A DNA stretch of 64,000 nucleotides, taken from positions 576,001 through 640,000 of the forward strand of contig CAVQMO010000001.1 of assembly GCA_963713605.1 (NCBI GenBank). The letters run 5' to 3'. Positions 22,239 to 33,629 of the stretch are shown piece by piece. The DNA comes from an uncultured Nitrososphaerales archaeon (GTDB lineage: Archaea > Thermoproteota > Nitrososphaeria > Nitrososphaerales > Nitrososphaeraceae). Made by a program: the position numbers and the translations under genes. The notes under the pieces are model-generated. The model saw only the letters and a list, made by a program, of their open reading frames with translations, made no database searches and was not told where the DNA came from. How positions within the stretch are numbered: the first letter of the stretch is position 1; every line of letters begins with the position of its first letter.

Positions 22239-22445
22239 GTGGGCAATCGAAAAAAACTTTCAAAAATCACAGGCAGGGTACCCGACGCGTGGTTAAGATG
22301 CAATTTGTGTTTTGGAACAGGTTACATCTTCTCGACCTCAAGGGTAGGCATCAAGGATAACACGAGTGGAACTGTTGCGACGATGACGAATGACAGATGT
22401 GAAACCTGCCTGGGAAGTGGATTTATTCAATATCTAGATGATTAG
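22239..22445 (+). CDS. Small DnaJ-type Zn-finger protein
   Basis: CNLCFGTG and CETCLGSG (CxxCxGxG twice). Confidence 0.7.
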   Translation: MGNRKKLSKITGRVPDAWLRCNLCFGTGYIFSTSRVGIKDNTSGTVATMTNDRCETCLGSGFIQYLDD

Positions 22446-22616
22446 ATCCAGGTGTGTAATTCTTATTTTTAAAATGTTTAATGTAACTTCAACTGTTGAC
22501 ACCTCACAATTTAGTTTAGTCATACCTACAAGTAGGTAATTAATTCGATTAGGATTTTTTCCGTGGTAATTCGTTAACTTATTCTATTTGCTTGTGTACA
22601 GAGGGTCCTATTAGAC

Positions 22617-22865
22617 GTGTTTCAGGAAGAAACACGTAATTATTCCACGTGCAAATTCCTGTGCATGTCAAAGGATTGTCCAAAATGCCAAGGAAAGTTT
22701 GAAGAAGAAACCCAAGCCATTCCAAAAAAGGTACCGTTACCGATCCCATTAAAGCCGACCATGTCGATAGAAAGGTACCTTCCAAGCATTATGAAGAAGT
22801 ACAGTAACTACACTCTTTGTATCTGTTCAGTGTGCGGCTATATGGAAGTCTTTTTTAAGCGTTAG
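22617..22865 (+). CDS. Small Zn-ribbon protein (likely start MSKDCPKC)
   Basis: CPKC...CSVCGYME. Confidence 0.7.
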   Translation: MFQEETRNYSTCKFLCMSKDCPKCQGKFEEETQAIPKKVPLPIPLKPTMSIERYLPSIMKKYSNYTLCICSVCGYMEVFFKR

Positions 22866-22966
22866 CCTAGCTCTTGAGCATTGCTTGTTTCAAGGGGGTT
22901 TTTATCTCATTGAACAATAAGGAAAATGCACAAACAAGATTCAGTTCACCTTCTTAACAAATATTC

Positions 22967-23713
22967 TTGATGCATGGTAAAATTAAGTGTGCATGTAACA
23001 GAACTCTAGTCGGAATGTCTTTCTTTGATAGATGGAGTGGACCAGAAAAGAAAAAGAGCAAGGCTTCAGGTGACCTTAAGAATAAGATCAGGGATAGCTT
23101 GAGATCTGCAGAGCCTCTAAAACCTCGACTAGAGCAAGCACACCGAAAGCTCCAGATACAAATCTCTAAAATGGATGCCTTTTCTGGGCGACTAAAGCAA
23201 CGTGACAAACAGATCTTCACCAATGTTGTAGAAGCTGTACAGAGCCATGAAACAAATTATGCAAAATCACTTTCAAACGAACTCTCTCAAATACGCAAGA
23301 TAAACAAAGTAGTCAAATCTACCATGCTGACAACAGAACAAGTAAGACTGAGACTTGAAACAGTTACTGAGTTAGGAGATGTGGCATCAACACTAACACC
23401 TACCACGTCTGTAATTAAAGATTTAAAAGGCGGTCTTTCTTCAGTCATTCCTACCGCAGACCATTCGCTTTCGCAAATTTCTGAATCCCTGGGAGATATA
23501 CTAAACAGTACATATTCCGATTCATCATTGCAAGGCAACGGGATAGCTAGTCTAGATTCGATAGGAACGGATGGTGCTGAAATTACGAAAATCATGGAAG
23601 AGGCCTCAGCTGTAGTGGAAGTGAACATGGAAGACAAATTACCAAATCTTGCACCATCTAAGACCAGACACAAAGGCACATCAGAGGATACTGGAGAGAT
23701 ATTTCCATTCTAG
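22967..23713 (+). CDS. cdvB: ESCRT-III/Snf7-family cell-division protein paralogue (likely start 23015)
   Basis: PLKPRLEQA..KLQIQISKMD..LKQRDKQIF..NELSQIRK..EQVRLRLETVTELGDV..IMEEASAVVE..KLP. Confidence 0.85.
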   Translation: MMHGKIKCACNRTLVGMSFFDRWSGPEKKKSKASGDLKNKIRDSLRSAEPLKPRLEQAHRKLQIQISKMDAFSGRLKQRDKQIFTNVVEAVQSHETNYAKSLSNELSQIRKINKVVKSTMLTTEQVRLRLETVTELGDVASTLTPTTSVIKDLKGGLSSVIPTADHSLSQISESLGDILNSTYSDSSLQGNGIASLDSIGTDGAEITKIMEEASAVVEVNMEDKLPNLAPSKTRHKGTSEDTGEIFPF

Positions 23714-23895
23714 TAACGTCATGATTTTCGCGCATACGGCACAATTCGTGCTGACGGTCAGTACAAGACTACTATTCAACCCTATTCTATAGCCAGTTTG
23801 AATTGCTTTCTTGATGCATCAAAGGTCCAATACACTTATGGGCTCACAATTGCTACATTTGAATGGGACGGGGGGGGCAATCAAAATCGACGGTA

Positions 23896-24702
23896 TTAAT
23901 CTGTCACTCCTTTACACATCCCGGACGGTAGGCTAAGCTCACAGAAATTACCTACGTATGTATTATTTGTCATATCTTTGGACAAGCCATTGGCATGGTT
24001 AATATCGATTATATTGCGCAAGAAATTATATGAGATGCCATTTGACATGCTAGAAGGATCGGTAAAGATGCCGTTTTGGCTTCCATTTATGTAGTTTAAC
24101 TTGATGGATGACTCTCCTGTATTGATAAGAGAAACTCCGGCCAGCGAATTATTATAAAAATAGTTTTCGTTGGACAGAATGCCACTGCTGGAATGCGCTG
24201 CAATTCCTAATTCGTTGTTCTTCAACATGTTATATTCAAGGACTGAATTAGAGGAACCAGTCAAGTACACGCCTATTCGATTCTTGTCAAGAAAGATCGA
24301 GGATATATTTAGCGTGTCCGAACCTGTTCCGAAGATGGCTGATTGGAAGTCAACTATACGCCCTGGGCCATAAACTGTTACGTTATCAAGATCTGGTACA
24401 ATTATTCCAGATTTTGTACTTTGGCTCCCAGGACCAATTATGGAATATCCGTTGAGTACAATCGATATGTCTGAAGCATTAACTATAAGTCCATGATCAT
24501 TACAAATAAGGTTCGCTGAAAGCTTAGTAGATTCATTAATTACACTTCCGCAGCTTGCACTTAATACTCCATATGCTGAGATAAAATCAATAATTTGTGC
24601 TTCTATCATGACAATTGCAATACAATTACTAAGAGTGAGCGCAAATAGAGTAACAGATAGCAAGTTCAAGTTGGGTTCCCACTCGTAACATCGACGTTGC
24701 AA
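23896..24702 (-). CDS. Secreted right-handed beta-helix (NosD-like) protein
   Basis: ASCG..LSANLIC..GLIV..LNGYSIIGPG and repeated N..G(I/V) turns; paralogue of 44678-45454. Confidence 0.8.
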   Translation of the reverse strand: MQRRCYEWEPNLNLLSVTLFALTLSNCIAIVMIEAQIIDFISAYGVLSASCGSVINESTKLSANLICNDHGLIVNASDISIVLNGYSIIGPGSQSTKSGIIVPDLDNVTVYGPGRIVDFQSAIFGTGSDTLNISSIFLDKNRIGVYLTGSSNSVLEYNMLKNNELGIAAHSSSGILSNENYFYNNSLAGVSLINTGESSIKLNYINGSQNGIFTDPSSMSNGISYNFLRNIIDINHANGLSKDMTNNTYVGNFCELSLPSGMCKGVTD

Positions 24703-24905
24703 CTATTATCTCCTCCTCATGTGGGCTGTCTAATTACATATTTCATTGAGTATTTATTCATATAATTCAAATTATACTTCGCCTGTTCTTTCAGAGTCAT
24801 CGCCATTCATGTCTTAATAGTGGCTTATCCAGGAAATCATACTGGCATTCAGGCACGATAGGTGGGCTAATCTAAGAAAGAATAGATCGGATATAAAAGA
24901 AATTC

Positions 24906-26600
24906 TTAACTGGACGTCATAGGCTCAAACGCGATCAATGAACCCTCGCCGCTTGTAGATGATTGTGCGGGGTTAGAGACTAATTTACCTGTGGGTACAA
25001 AAAGTAGACCATTAGCAACAGATGGCCCAACCGGAGCTATAGGTGCATCCACATTATACTCCCATAATTTGCTTCCATTCTGTTTGTCTAGAGCCAGAAT
25101 TGTCCCTAATTTTGTTTGTCCTTCGTATGGAATATAACCAGTAAATAGTAAATCATTAGTAACCAGAGGCGACACTCTAGGCGGAAACTCTGTGTCGAAT
25201 TTCCATCTAGTTTTACCGGTAAGGATATCAATCGCATATATGGTCCCATTCTTTAGTCCTTGCTCGATCGTATCCGGAGCTGCTTTCTTATGGCCACTCA
25301 AACCATCGGTAAAGAATTCTAAACCGCGATTTGTGGCAGTAATGTAGAGTGTATTATTATTGTCCACAGCATGATAATTATAAACACCATATGCCCAAAT
25401 GAGGCCGGTACCGTTTGGTGAAGGGATTTTATTGATGTTGATTGGGTTTCCCAATGTCTTCCACCATATTTCGTCACCGGTTTTGCCATCCATCGCGATT
25501 AAATTACCCATCTTATCATGTCCTATCACGATCTTCTTTTGAGTTCCATTTTGCAGCGAAATCTTACTAATGCTGCTACCCCATGAGGTATCCCAATCGT
25601 GAGTATCTGGAACTCTAACATTATTTAGGACAGTACCATGTGCTATAAACGGTGTAGCCCATATTATCTCCCCCGAAGTAACGTTCACAGCTATCATGTG
25701 ATTAGAATAGAGGTTTGGAGTTTGCCTCGTTGAAGCGTTAAAGTTCGGTGAAGCGCTTCCTAATGGAAAATATAAAATTCCTTCTTCTGGATCAAATGAA
25801 CCTCCAGACCATGCCGTTGCCCCTCCATTTGGCGGAGTCTTCCCCTTTTCAACCCATTCACCCGTGGTTGTTTCAAGATTCCACAGTATACTGCCATCAG
25901 TACGGTTAAGAGCCGTAACGTTACCTTTTACATAACCAAGGCCCGGTGGCAATCCACTGCCCCCTGACCCAGCGATTACATAACTCTTCCATACAATAGG
26001 AAAGGAATCTATACTATAACCCAATGAGGTATTACCAAGAGTTTCAGATTCCCATTCCTTACTACCATCTGTTGAGTTAATTGCAACAACAGTGCCCTTT
26101 GAAGCAGTGCTAGAAAAGATTAATCCATTGTCATAACTTAGCCCCATTGTCGGCCCATGACCAACACGGACATTCCAAATGACGCGTCCGTCCTGTATAT
26201 TAAATGCAAAAACATTTCCAGCATAATCTTGAACGTAACCAGTGTTGTTAACAATTATAGGGGGATCCTGTACTTCAAAATTATTTACGATCTGCCATTT
26301 GACTCCTAACGAATCCACATTCGTCTTATTGATAATTGTTTGACTGCTACTCCTTGTACCATACAAATCATGATTAACTGTCGACCACCAGTCATCATTA
26401 CTGTTTGATGCATTGTTACCAGTTACTGTAGTAGCATATACTATCATGACATAAGATGATAGCGAATTAGGGAATTTGCTCTCGGATACGTAATAATCAA
26501 AAATTGGATTTGACGCATGAATCGTAATGAAAACCAGAACTGAAAAAATGCACAAGTAAACAAATGAACATTTTGATTCACAAAATTCTATGGTCTTCAC
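24906..26600 (-). CDS. Secreted PQQ-binding beta-propeller protein (quinoprotein dehydrogenase-like)
   Basis: Repeated A.D..TG...W Trp-docking motifs, DTHDWD, N-terminal TM segment. Confidence 0.9.
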   Translation of the reverse strand: MKTIEFCESKCSFVYLCIFSVLVFITIHASNPIFDYYVSESKFPNSLSSYVMIVYATTVTGNNASNSNDDWWSTVNHDLYGTRSSSQTIINKTNVDSLGVKWQIVNNFEVQDPPIIVNNTGYVQDYAGNVFAFNIQDGRVIWNVRVGHGPTMGLSYDNGLIFSSTASKGTVVAINSTDGSKEWESETLGNTSLGYSIDSFPIVWKSYVIAGSGGSGLPPGLGYVKGNVTALNRTDGSILWNLETTTGEWVEKGKTPPNGGATAWSGGSFDPEEGILYFPLGSASPNFNASTRQTPNLYSNHMIAVNVTSGEIIWATPFIAHGTVLNNVRVPDTHDWDTSWGSSISKISLQNGTQKKIVIGHDKMGNLIAMDGKTGDEIWWKTLGNPININKIPSPNGTGLIWAYGVYNYHAVDNNNTLYITATNRGLEFFTDGLSGHKKAAPDTIEQGLKNGTIYAIDILTGKTRWKFDTEFPPRVSPLVTNDLLFTGYIPYEGQTKLGTILALDKQNGSKLWEYNVDAPIAPVGPSVANGLLFVPTGKLVSNPAQSSTSGEGSLIAFEPMTSS

Positions 26601-27548
26601 CGATAATCGAATTCGTTGATAGACTATTATACTTTATATGTTTATTCCTATAGTTCTCACGGGCGAATTCTGAAAAGATTCCTACCATTATCGAAATACA
26701 GGAATGCATCTAGCTTAAAAGTAAAAATGTTGTACATCCTGTATCGTTGAGTAATCATCGTTATCTTTGAGCTTTTGGTTTCATGCACGTACACTTGAAA
26801 AATTAGCATATGGATCGATTTCAGATATCTGTCGTGAAGTAGTTTCAGGTGGACACGATAAAATATGTATTGTTGTTTTGTACATGCCACTGAGTCAATG
26901 CCTTGTGATAGATAGGCATGTGGACCTGGTTTCATCACGCTATCACGTATGTTGCACGAGCAACATCGCCGCTGTATTAGTGTCTCCTATTATTCGAAGT
27001 GCGCTAACCACATGTTAGAAACGCATCGTGTTAAACAGGGATTCAGATTTTAAGCTATCTTGAATTCAATAGGGCGTTCTATTGTGCATTGACAGGAATG
27101 GAGATCATATGTGCCTACGAAATTTGAATACTATGGGAAAGAATGATGCCACAAATATAGAATTGTTTATAGTTAGGTTGCTGTCGGATTGTCTAATGGC
27201 TCGATCGAGATTTCCCATGCACGATTAGCATTGAAGCAGTGATTACGTATATTTGATTTGCCCAAATGCTGTCTCTAATCTTCTGTACACTCGCCGACAC
27301 CACTACCTCTTTTGAGGTCGAGAGATAGCTATATCCCGCAGGGTGTAGTCATAGACCTCTAGTAGTTAAAGATGCGAGAAACATGCCGCATATTACTAAA
27401 TCTTTAATAGATCTTAGTCCTTGCCATCGCTGTCGAGCTATATAGGTTTTATTTGCTCAAAATTTGTCGAGGTCTGCCAATCTTTCACCGGTTTTTATAC
27501 TAGTGACACCCAAAAAACTATAAAGTGTTTGCAATAAGATATTAAGGG

Positions 27549-27875
27549 ATGAAGAAAGAATTTATAGTCTCACGTATCGAAGCAACCCAAGACGGTAGTC
27601 CTTACATATATCTAAGCTTTAGCGATCCTTCTTCTGCTAATGAAAGCAGACATCGATCTCCACAGAGTCCTTTTGGTGCTCATGCATTTGCATTCACCTC
27701 TCCAGAAGACATGATGAAGAATTTACCTAAGGCATTTTCAAATATGATGGGGGGCATGGGGCTTTCTGAATCTCCTACCCTAAAGTTAAGTATGAGGGAG
27801 GACGAGGACATGGGTCTAAAGGTAGGAGATAGGGTTACTCTAGAGATTAAGAAGGTTGATAATGTAGGGATATAA
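27549..27875 (+). CDS. Hypothetical protein with AbrB-like C-terminus
   Basis: MKKEFIV..DGSPY...GLKVGDRVTLEIKK. Confidence 0.65.
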   Translation: MKKEFIVSRIEATQDGSPYIYLSFSDPSSANESRHRSPQSPFGAHAFAFTSPEDMMKNLPKAFSNMMGGMGLSESPTLKLSMREDEDMGLKVGDRVTLEIKKVDNVGI

Positions 27876-28158
27876 CTAAATCTTGGACGGACGGATGTCA
27901 GCTATGTATCTCTACTAATATTTTTGAATCCGTTAATAATTACCCTTTGCTGATTTGAAGGCATCTTGCTGTTGTATGTTATTAAATAATTAGGTTAGAA
28001 TTTTAGTCTCCTTCATATCATGGTCTACTTCGCCAACTAGTTGACCAGTTGCTTCTATTCATCGGAAATAACCTAAAAAGTCAGTTCGGTTTACGGTGTG
28101 GTACTTTGTAGACCGAAAGTTAATCTAAGAAAAGAGAGCTTGACATAGAACAATAAAT

Positions 28159-29460
28159 ATGTCAGATGCTTTGGGGATTATGGGGCTTACACCAATTGTG
28201 GCATTCTTTTTTACCTTCATACTTTTTCCTCTGGGTCTAAATTCGGCCTTCGCTCAAGGGCAGCTTAGCGATCCGAGTCTCAAAATTCAAACTATGGTAG
28301 ATGGATTATCTTCCCCAACCAGTTTGGCGTTTCTTGACAATAACAACATCTTATTTCTAGAGAAGGAAGGGAATGTCAGATTGATTTCAAACGGAGTTTT
28401 GCAACCAGAACCGGTGTTACACATTGAACAAGTTGAGAGCAACAACGAGCGGGGCTTATTAGGGATTGCTTACGATGGTAATAGAGTATACCTTTTCGTC
28501 ACTGAAAGCGGCGCCCAAGTGGAGGGAGTCTCTACAGAAGGCGAAGTCAGGAACAGGGTTTATAGCTACGCCTGGGACGGATCCTCTCTAATTGACCCGC
28601 AGTTGCTTCTGGATCTTCCGGCTACACCAGGCACAAATCATCAAGGAGGAAAGCTCAAGGTTGGCCCAGACAAGCAACTATATGTCGTAGTTGGAGAGAT
28701 GCAAAGAGAAGGGCAGCTTCAAAACTTCCAAAACGGCCCGTCACCAGATGATACTGGCGTAATACTTAAAGTAAATCCCCTTGATGGATCTGCCTCTGCG
28801 AATAATCCGTTGGTCGCTAGCGGCGAGGAGGCTGGTAGATATTATGCCTATGGTATTAGAAACAGTTACGGATTTGATTTTGACCCTTTGACGGGGAAAC
28901 TCTGGGACGCAGAGAATGGTGAGGATGTATACGATGAAATTAATCTGGTTGAGCCTGGATTTAATAGTGGTTGGAAATCAGTCATGGGGCCGATGAGTAC
29001 TAACCCCGGCGTGTCTCAATCTGATTTAGTTAATATTCCAGGCTCATATTATGCTGACCCTGTCTTTAGCTGGGCTGAATCACGAGGAATAACTGACATT
29101 GAATTTCTAAATTCAACAGCATTTGGCTCAAAATATGAAAATGGAATTTTTGTAGGAGATATAACTTCAGGGACGCTTTACTATTTCCAGCCTAACGCCG
29201 ATAGAACAGGAATTAGCTTGGAAAATGATCCGCTATTGAGCGATTTGGTTGCAGACAGCGATGATGAGATGTCAGGCATAACACTTGGAACTGGCTTTGC
29301 AGGGATTGTCGAAATAGAAACTAGTCCTGATGGCAATTTGCACATGCTGACATACGATCGGGAAAATGCAGGTCAGGGAAGTCTCCTGAAAATAATTCCA
29401 TCCTCCCTGTCTCAAAGTGATTCCTCGTTTCAAGATGAAACTGGCGAACAAGGAGATTGA
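28159..29460 (+). CDS. PQQ-dependent glucose/sorbosone dehydrogenase family protein, secreted
   Basis: GLSSPTSLAF, ERGLLGIA, NHQGG, YAYGIRNSYG, DEINLVEPGFNSGW. Confidence 0.92.
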   Translation: MSDALGIMGLTPIVAFFFTFILFPLGLNSAFAQGQLSDPSLKIQTMVDGLSSPTSLAFLDNNNILFLEKEGNVRLISNGVLQPEPVLHIEQVESNNERGLLGIAYDGNRVYLFVTESGAQVEGVSTEGEVRNRVYSYAWDGSSLIDPQLLLDLPATPGTNHQGGKLKVGPDKQLYVVVGEMQREGQLQNFQNGPSPDDTGVILKVNPLDGSASANNPLVASGEEAGRYYAYGIRNSYGFDFDPLTGKLWDAENGEDVYDEINLVEPGFNSGWKSVMGPMSTNPGVSQSDLVNIPGSYYADPVFSWAESRGITDIEFLNSTAFGSKYENGIFVGDITSGTLYYFQPNADRTGISLENDPLLSDLVADSDDEMSGITLGTGFAGIVEIETSPDGNLHMLTYDRENAGQGSLLKIIPSSLSQSDSSFQDETGEQGD

Positions 29461-29787
29461 TCAATTGAAGGTAATACCTTCGGGTCGGGTATGAACAACA
29501 CAACCCCAGAGGATTAGCAATGAACGAAGTAATGAATTAAGTCATTAAGGTGGAATTGAATTAAAACGAAGAATAGGAGACAACTAAAATTCATATTGGA
29601 ATAATAAAGCAATTCAGGTACAAATGGCTAAGATGAACAGGATTAGGTGCTGCGCCTTGGCCAAAGGAGATAAATGGAGTCCCAAATACCGTAATCACTC
29701 GGTGAATTCAACATACTAGGTTCTACTACGCTGGGACTATGAAAGCCTTTAAGGCTTCAAATAATATATTCTGTTGATAAGCAAGAA

Positions 29788-30297
29788 ATGGACACTTTCG
29801 AATGCATAATATCCAAACTCGAAGTAAGGGAATTTATGAGGAAAGAAGTTGGATCAGAAATAAAGCAAAGAATTCTAGAATCTGCTAGACAAACAGGTTC
29901 CGGTTTGAATTTGCAACACTGGCGCTTCATCCTCGTTGAGGACAAAAAGAATCTGAGTAAGCTTGCCCTGGACAGCACCAGTGGAGGATGGATCGCAGGA
30001 GCAGATTTTGCAATAATAGTTCTGACGGATCCAACACTACACTTTCATTTAATCGATGCGGGCAGAGTAGCTCAAAACATGCAACTAACTGCATGGAATG
30101 AGGGGGTAGGGTCCGGGCTGTACACAGGAATAAAGGAAAGTAATCTTCGAAACGACTTTAAGTTCCCAAATCATTTGACTCCTTCGGTTATCTTAGGTTT
30201 CGGATATCCCATTAAGGCGTCAATCGGTAAGAAAAAGAATCGCCTCCCCCTTATCCAATTAGTCTACAGGGAAGTATATGGTTCTAACCAAGAGTAA
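29788..30297 (+). CDS. Nitroreductase family protein
   Basis: SGLNLQHWRFILV, DAGRVAQNMQLTAW.GVGS, LGFGYP. Confidence 0.9.
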   Translation: MDTFECIISKLEVREFMRKEVGSEIKQRILESARQTGSGLNLQHWRFILVEDKKNLSKLALDSTSGGWIAGADFAIIVLTDPTLHFHLIDAGRVAQNMQLTAWNEGVGSGLYTGIKESNLRNDFKFPNHLTPSVILGFGYPIKASIGKKKNRLPLIQLVYREVYGSNQE

Positions 30298-30689
30298 TTT
30301 GAAACACATTTGAACCATTTGAGGTCTAGGATTTTTTCTCAATTATCAATTGTTTCGACTAAAATGCTAACTTTTGTACAGTGGCTTTCTTCTTACCTGG
30401 ATGAATGCGTTGCCGACAGCTAGAATCATCTATCTTAAGGTTCAGCTTCTTACAAACCTGATACTTAGAATCGAATGTAATAGTCATAAAATGTAATAAT
30501 ATCAGGGGCACTGTCAGGTCCTATCGAATACGGTCTTTGAGAAATAGACAGAATGACTAACTCTAACTTTAAAGTCATCAGGTATCATTAGCCTACTCTT
30601 TTTTGACTAATTACGATCGCAATACCACCTTTAGGAACATCTTAATAGAAAACAACGAAAGTGATAGATTTCTGAGCCCACGTAAAACT

Positions 30690-31139
30690 CTAGATACTCT
30701 CCGAATTGGCAGATTTACTAGACATTGCTGACGAGATTCGATTGAGCAGATGTTTTTGGTTAAAATGAGAGACAAAATCGAACTTCAAATCTTCAAATCT
30801 CTGGTTGTCAGTTACGATGTATTTGTGCAACTTATTTCCATATGTACAGAAGGTAAAGCTTTGAGAATACTCCCAACATTTCGGACACCGTAAGCCCCTA
30901 TTTCGGAAGCCATGAGCCTCCCCAACTATACAGTTTTTTGCATCCTGGATATCTAGGTTGGGATTATTCGAGCATCCTAGTCGTAGCGCAAGGGACCATT
31001 GTGGACAAATCTCCTCAAATGAAAGAAATTCACTATGTATCCGAATGAACACTTTGTCCACGTTCTGCATTCTCTTCCCACTACTGAAAGGCCGTATAGC
31101 CATTTGTTTCTGCAACCCCAAATTATACGAATAGGTCAT
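30690..31139 (-). CDS. Hypothetical Cys/His-containing protein
   Basis: CIVGEAHG...CPKC...HFNQKH. Confidence 0.6.
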   Translation of the reverse strand: MTYSYNLGLQKQMAIRPFSSGKRMQNVDKVFIRIHSEFLSFEEICPQWSLALRLGCSNNPNLDIQDAKNCIVGEAHGFRNRGLRCPKCWEYSQSFTFCTYGNKLHKYIVTDNQRFEDLKFDFVSHFNQKHLLNRISSAMSSKSANSESI

Positions 31140-31749
31140 TATTATGTTTTCTTAAGAGACACTCGATCTGATAATGAAATGTAATATTAGTCCCAAAAGA
31201 TTGAAAGAATTAGCAAATACCAGTTACTGTCATGTAAAACATGATATTCAATTGGATACACATATGCGTCACTAAGATAACACCAAAGACAGGTTGAGAC
31301 CAAAACGTAAATCTATTTCTACAAAGTATATGGAAACTCGGTTAAGTCAAACTATTTTATCGATTGAACAGGAACTTTCAAATTACCATCAGCAGCAAAC
31401 TAGTCCATTGCTCAATCGACAGATATACAATAATAAACATGATGAAGTTCTCTTGAATGAGTAACGCTAATATGTCAGGTTCAACCTTCATATGTTTGAA
31501 TATTTCTAGAGAATAGAGATGTATTTAGTAAACCTTGAATATGTAGTTGCTGAAGTCTGAAATGTAGATAAAGATTTTAATTTACTTTTTATTATTAAAT
31601 ACCTCGTTCTTTATTGGATTGGGATATAGTTTAATTTTCAAGCGAATGGTCAACCGTCCACGAATCCTAATCAATCTCAAATAATTAAAATGGCAATTTT
31701 CGAGTTAGAATTTAATATAAACCACAATCAATGCGAAAAGATGGTTGAA

Positions 31750-32403
31750 TTATTCGAAAATTGATCTGACATCACCCTCAAGGACACCTGCATCAAATTC
31801 ATTGTGAAATCTGTCCATATGTTTTGAAAGGCCTTCGGTGGTATCAAATGGCGACTGACAGTATGGACATAGGTAATTTACCTTACTCTTATCTTTGATA
31901 TATGTGACAGATTTCGAATTCACAATGCATACCGGGGTTCCACTAATTGCCAAGTTTTCGGTCGAAAGGGAAATCTCCTCCATCTTCCTGTAAATCTGCT
32001 CTCTAGAAACCACCCCGATTATTGCGTTAAAGGCATGGAGATAAATTTGTCTTACATTTCGTTTTGCCATCTTAGATAATGCCTCCTCTACGGTCGCATT
32101 AGGACGAATTGTTAGGACTGGACTAGACATTATTTCTCTAAGTTTTACCTTAGAGGGATCTCTATTTTGAGACATTACTTTGAATAAAATGTCTGTCTTA
32201 CTAACCACGCCAACGATATCTCCCCTTGCAGATACGAGAACACTTGTCGAATTCTTCACTTTCATAAGATGGCTTGCATCGTCAACGGTACTATTTGCTT
32301 CGAGGATGATCACATCAGAATTAGAAATGGATCCAACAGTCGACGAAAGATATGAGGGAATAGTGTTTGGTTGTTTCTTGTTCTGATCCTTCTCCTCTTG
32401 CAC
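31750..32403 (-). CDS. CBS-pair protein with C-terminal C2H2 zinc finger
   Basis: Two CBS repeats (IVGVVSKTDI, IIGVVSREQI); CPYCQSPF..GLSKHMDRFH. Confidence 0.9.
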   Translation of the reverse strand: MQEEKDQNKKQPNTIPSYLSSTVGSISNSDVIILEANSTVDDASHLMKVKNSTSVLVSARGDIVGVVSKTDILFKVMSQNRDPSKVKLREIMSSPVLTIRPNATVEEALSKMAKRNVRQIYLHAFNAIIGVVSREQIYRKMEEISLSTENLAISGTPVCIVNSKSVTYIKDKSKVNYLCPYCQSPFDTTEGLSKHMDRFHNEFDAGVLEGDVRSIFE

Positions 32404-32869
32404 ACTCCATCAACGCACTTCAATTATTTATCTCTTGTCTCGTGACGATGTTGAATCGATTGTGGATCTAACATCGGACTTGGAGAATGTTCGAGCAAAC
32501 CATCGTCCTCACAATTTCTTAAACCTAGGCATTCTAATTGTTTTATAGTCATTTCTATTCTAGTTTGCAATATGGCGAGCTGTAAATCGCTTGCGTTACT
32601 GCTTGACACAAAACGATCTTTAAATTGGTACCCGTTTTAACGAACTTCTATCTAGTTAGACCTCGCTTATCTTGCGTTCATGATGAAAACTGGGACTCAC
32701 ATATTTCACCTTTGACATCCCTATACGCACGCCCGAAAGCATTCTAGATTGGGGAATACCTGGCATTTGAAGCCAGCACAAACGCCAGACAATTCATCTG
32801 AACATGAAGCTGACAGCAAAGTTAAAATCTTAATTCTTGCCTACTATGATGGGATAGGCAAGATTAACT

Positions 32870-33025
32870 ATGTCGGCAGCTCAAGCTCCAGTATTCTGCA
32901 GTGAATGCAAAAAAGTGATAAACCTGGACTCCCTTGGAAGCGTGTACGTGGTGGCCAATACAGGGAATGAAACAGAGTACTATCATTTACAATGTTTCGA
33001 AGGATGGAAGGGAAAAAGGACTTAA
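32870..33025 (+). CDS. 51-aa Zn-finger microprotein (CxxC...HxxC), absent from the ORF track
   Basis: MSAAQAPVFCSECKKVI...YYHLQCFEGWKGKRT. Confidence 0.65.
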   Translation: MSAAQAPVFCSECKKVINLDSLGSVYVVANTGNETEYYHLQCFEGWKGKRT

Positions 33026-33361
33026 AGTTATTGTAATTGAAATTTCGACTAAGGTGCTTCTACATCTACGTAGCCTAAGCTTTGACAAATCTGTTCTCGA
33101 GGGCAGAGGTGATCTCGGTCTATTCATTATACACTCTGGGAGGGCGAACGGCAGTTAATTTGGAATACACACAACAGTCGCGTGACATGTTCCGATAATT
33201 TATGATTAGCCTGAAATACGAAAAATGTATAGGTACTACATAATACTAGTTTTCACAGGAAGAATATTATAGTATGGAATATCATAAGTATTCAGTATAA
33301 CCTAAATAGATAACCTCTTTTCGATCCTGATAAATAACTTCATCCTCCATTAGCAGATCAT

Positions 33362-33629
33362 ATGATGAAAAATCGGGGGAGACAGGACATAAATGCTATG
33401 AATCCTGGAAGCTGCAACAATTGCAGAAAATAAGACCAAGATCATGTATAAGGCATATCTTTCTCACAATCAACTTTGTGCACATTTGACAGAATTACAA
33501 GATAATGGATTGTTAGAGTATAGGTTAGGAGAACAAACTTATGTGACTACCCAAAAAGGTAAGAAGTACTTGGAAATTTATAATACTATGAATGAACTAA
33601 CTTCTGCTCCAGAAGACTCAGTGTTGTAG
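33362..33629 (+). CDS. Winged-helix transcriptional regulator (HTH_45 type), +1 indel at ~33400
   Basis: MMKNRGRQDI..ILEAA..KTKIMYKAYLSH.QL..L..NGLL..YVTTQKG. Confidence 0.8.

Noticed and set aside
8627..26971. Shared 14-mer CACGAGCAACATCG at ~8628 and ~26956
   Set aside because: Several chance 14-mer matches are expected in 64 kb and the flanks do not align
26610..27540. ~900-bp gap with short ORFs and a small hairpin as an ncRNA or gene
   Set aside because: ORFs lack protein-like features and no extended structure could be supported by eye
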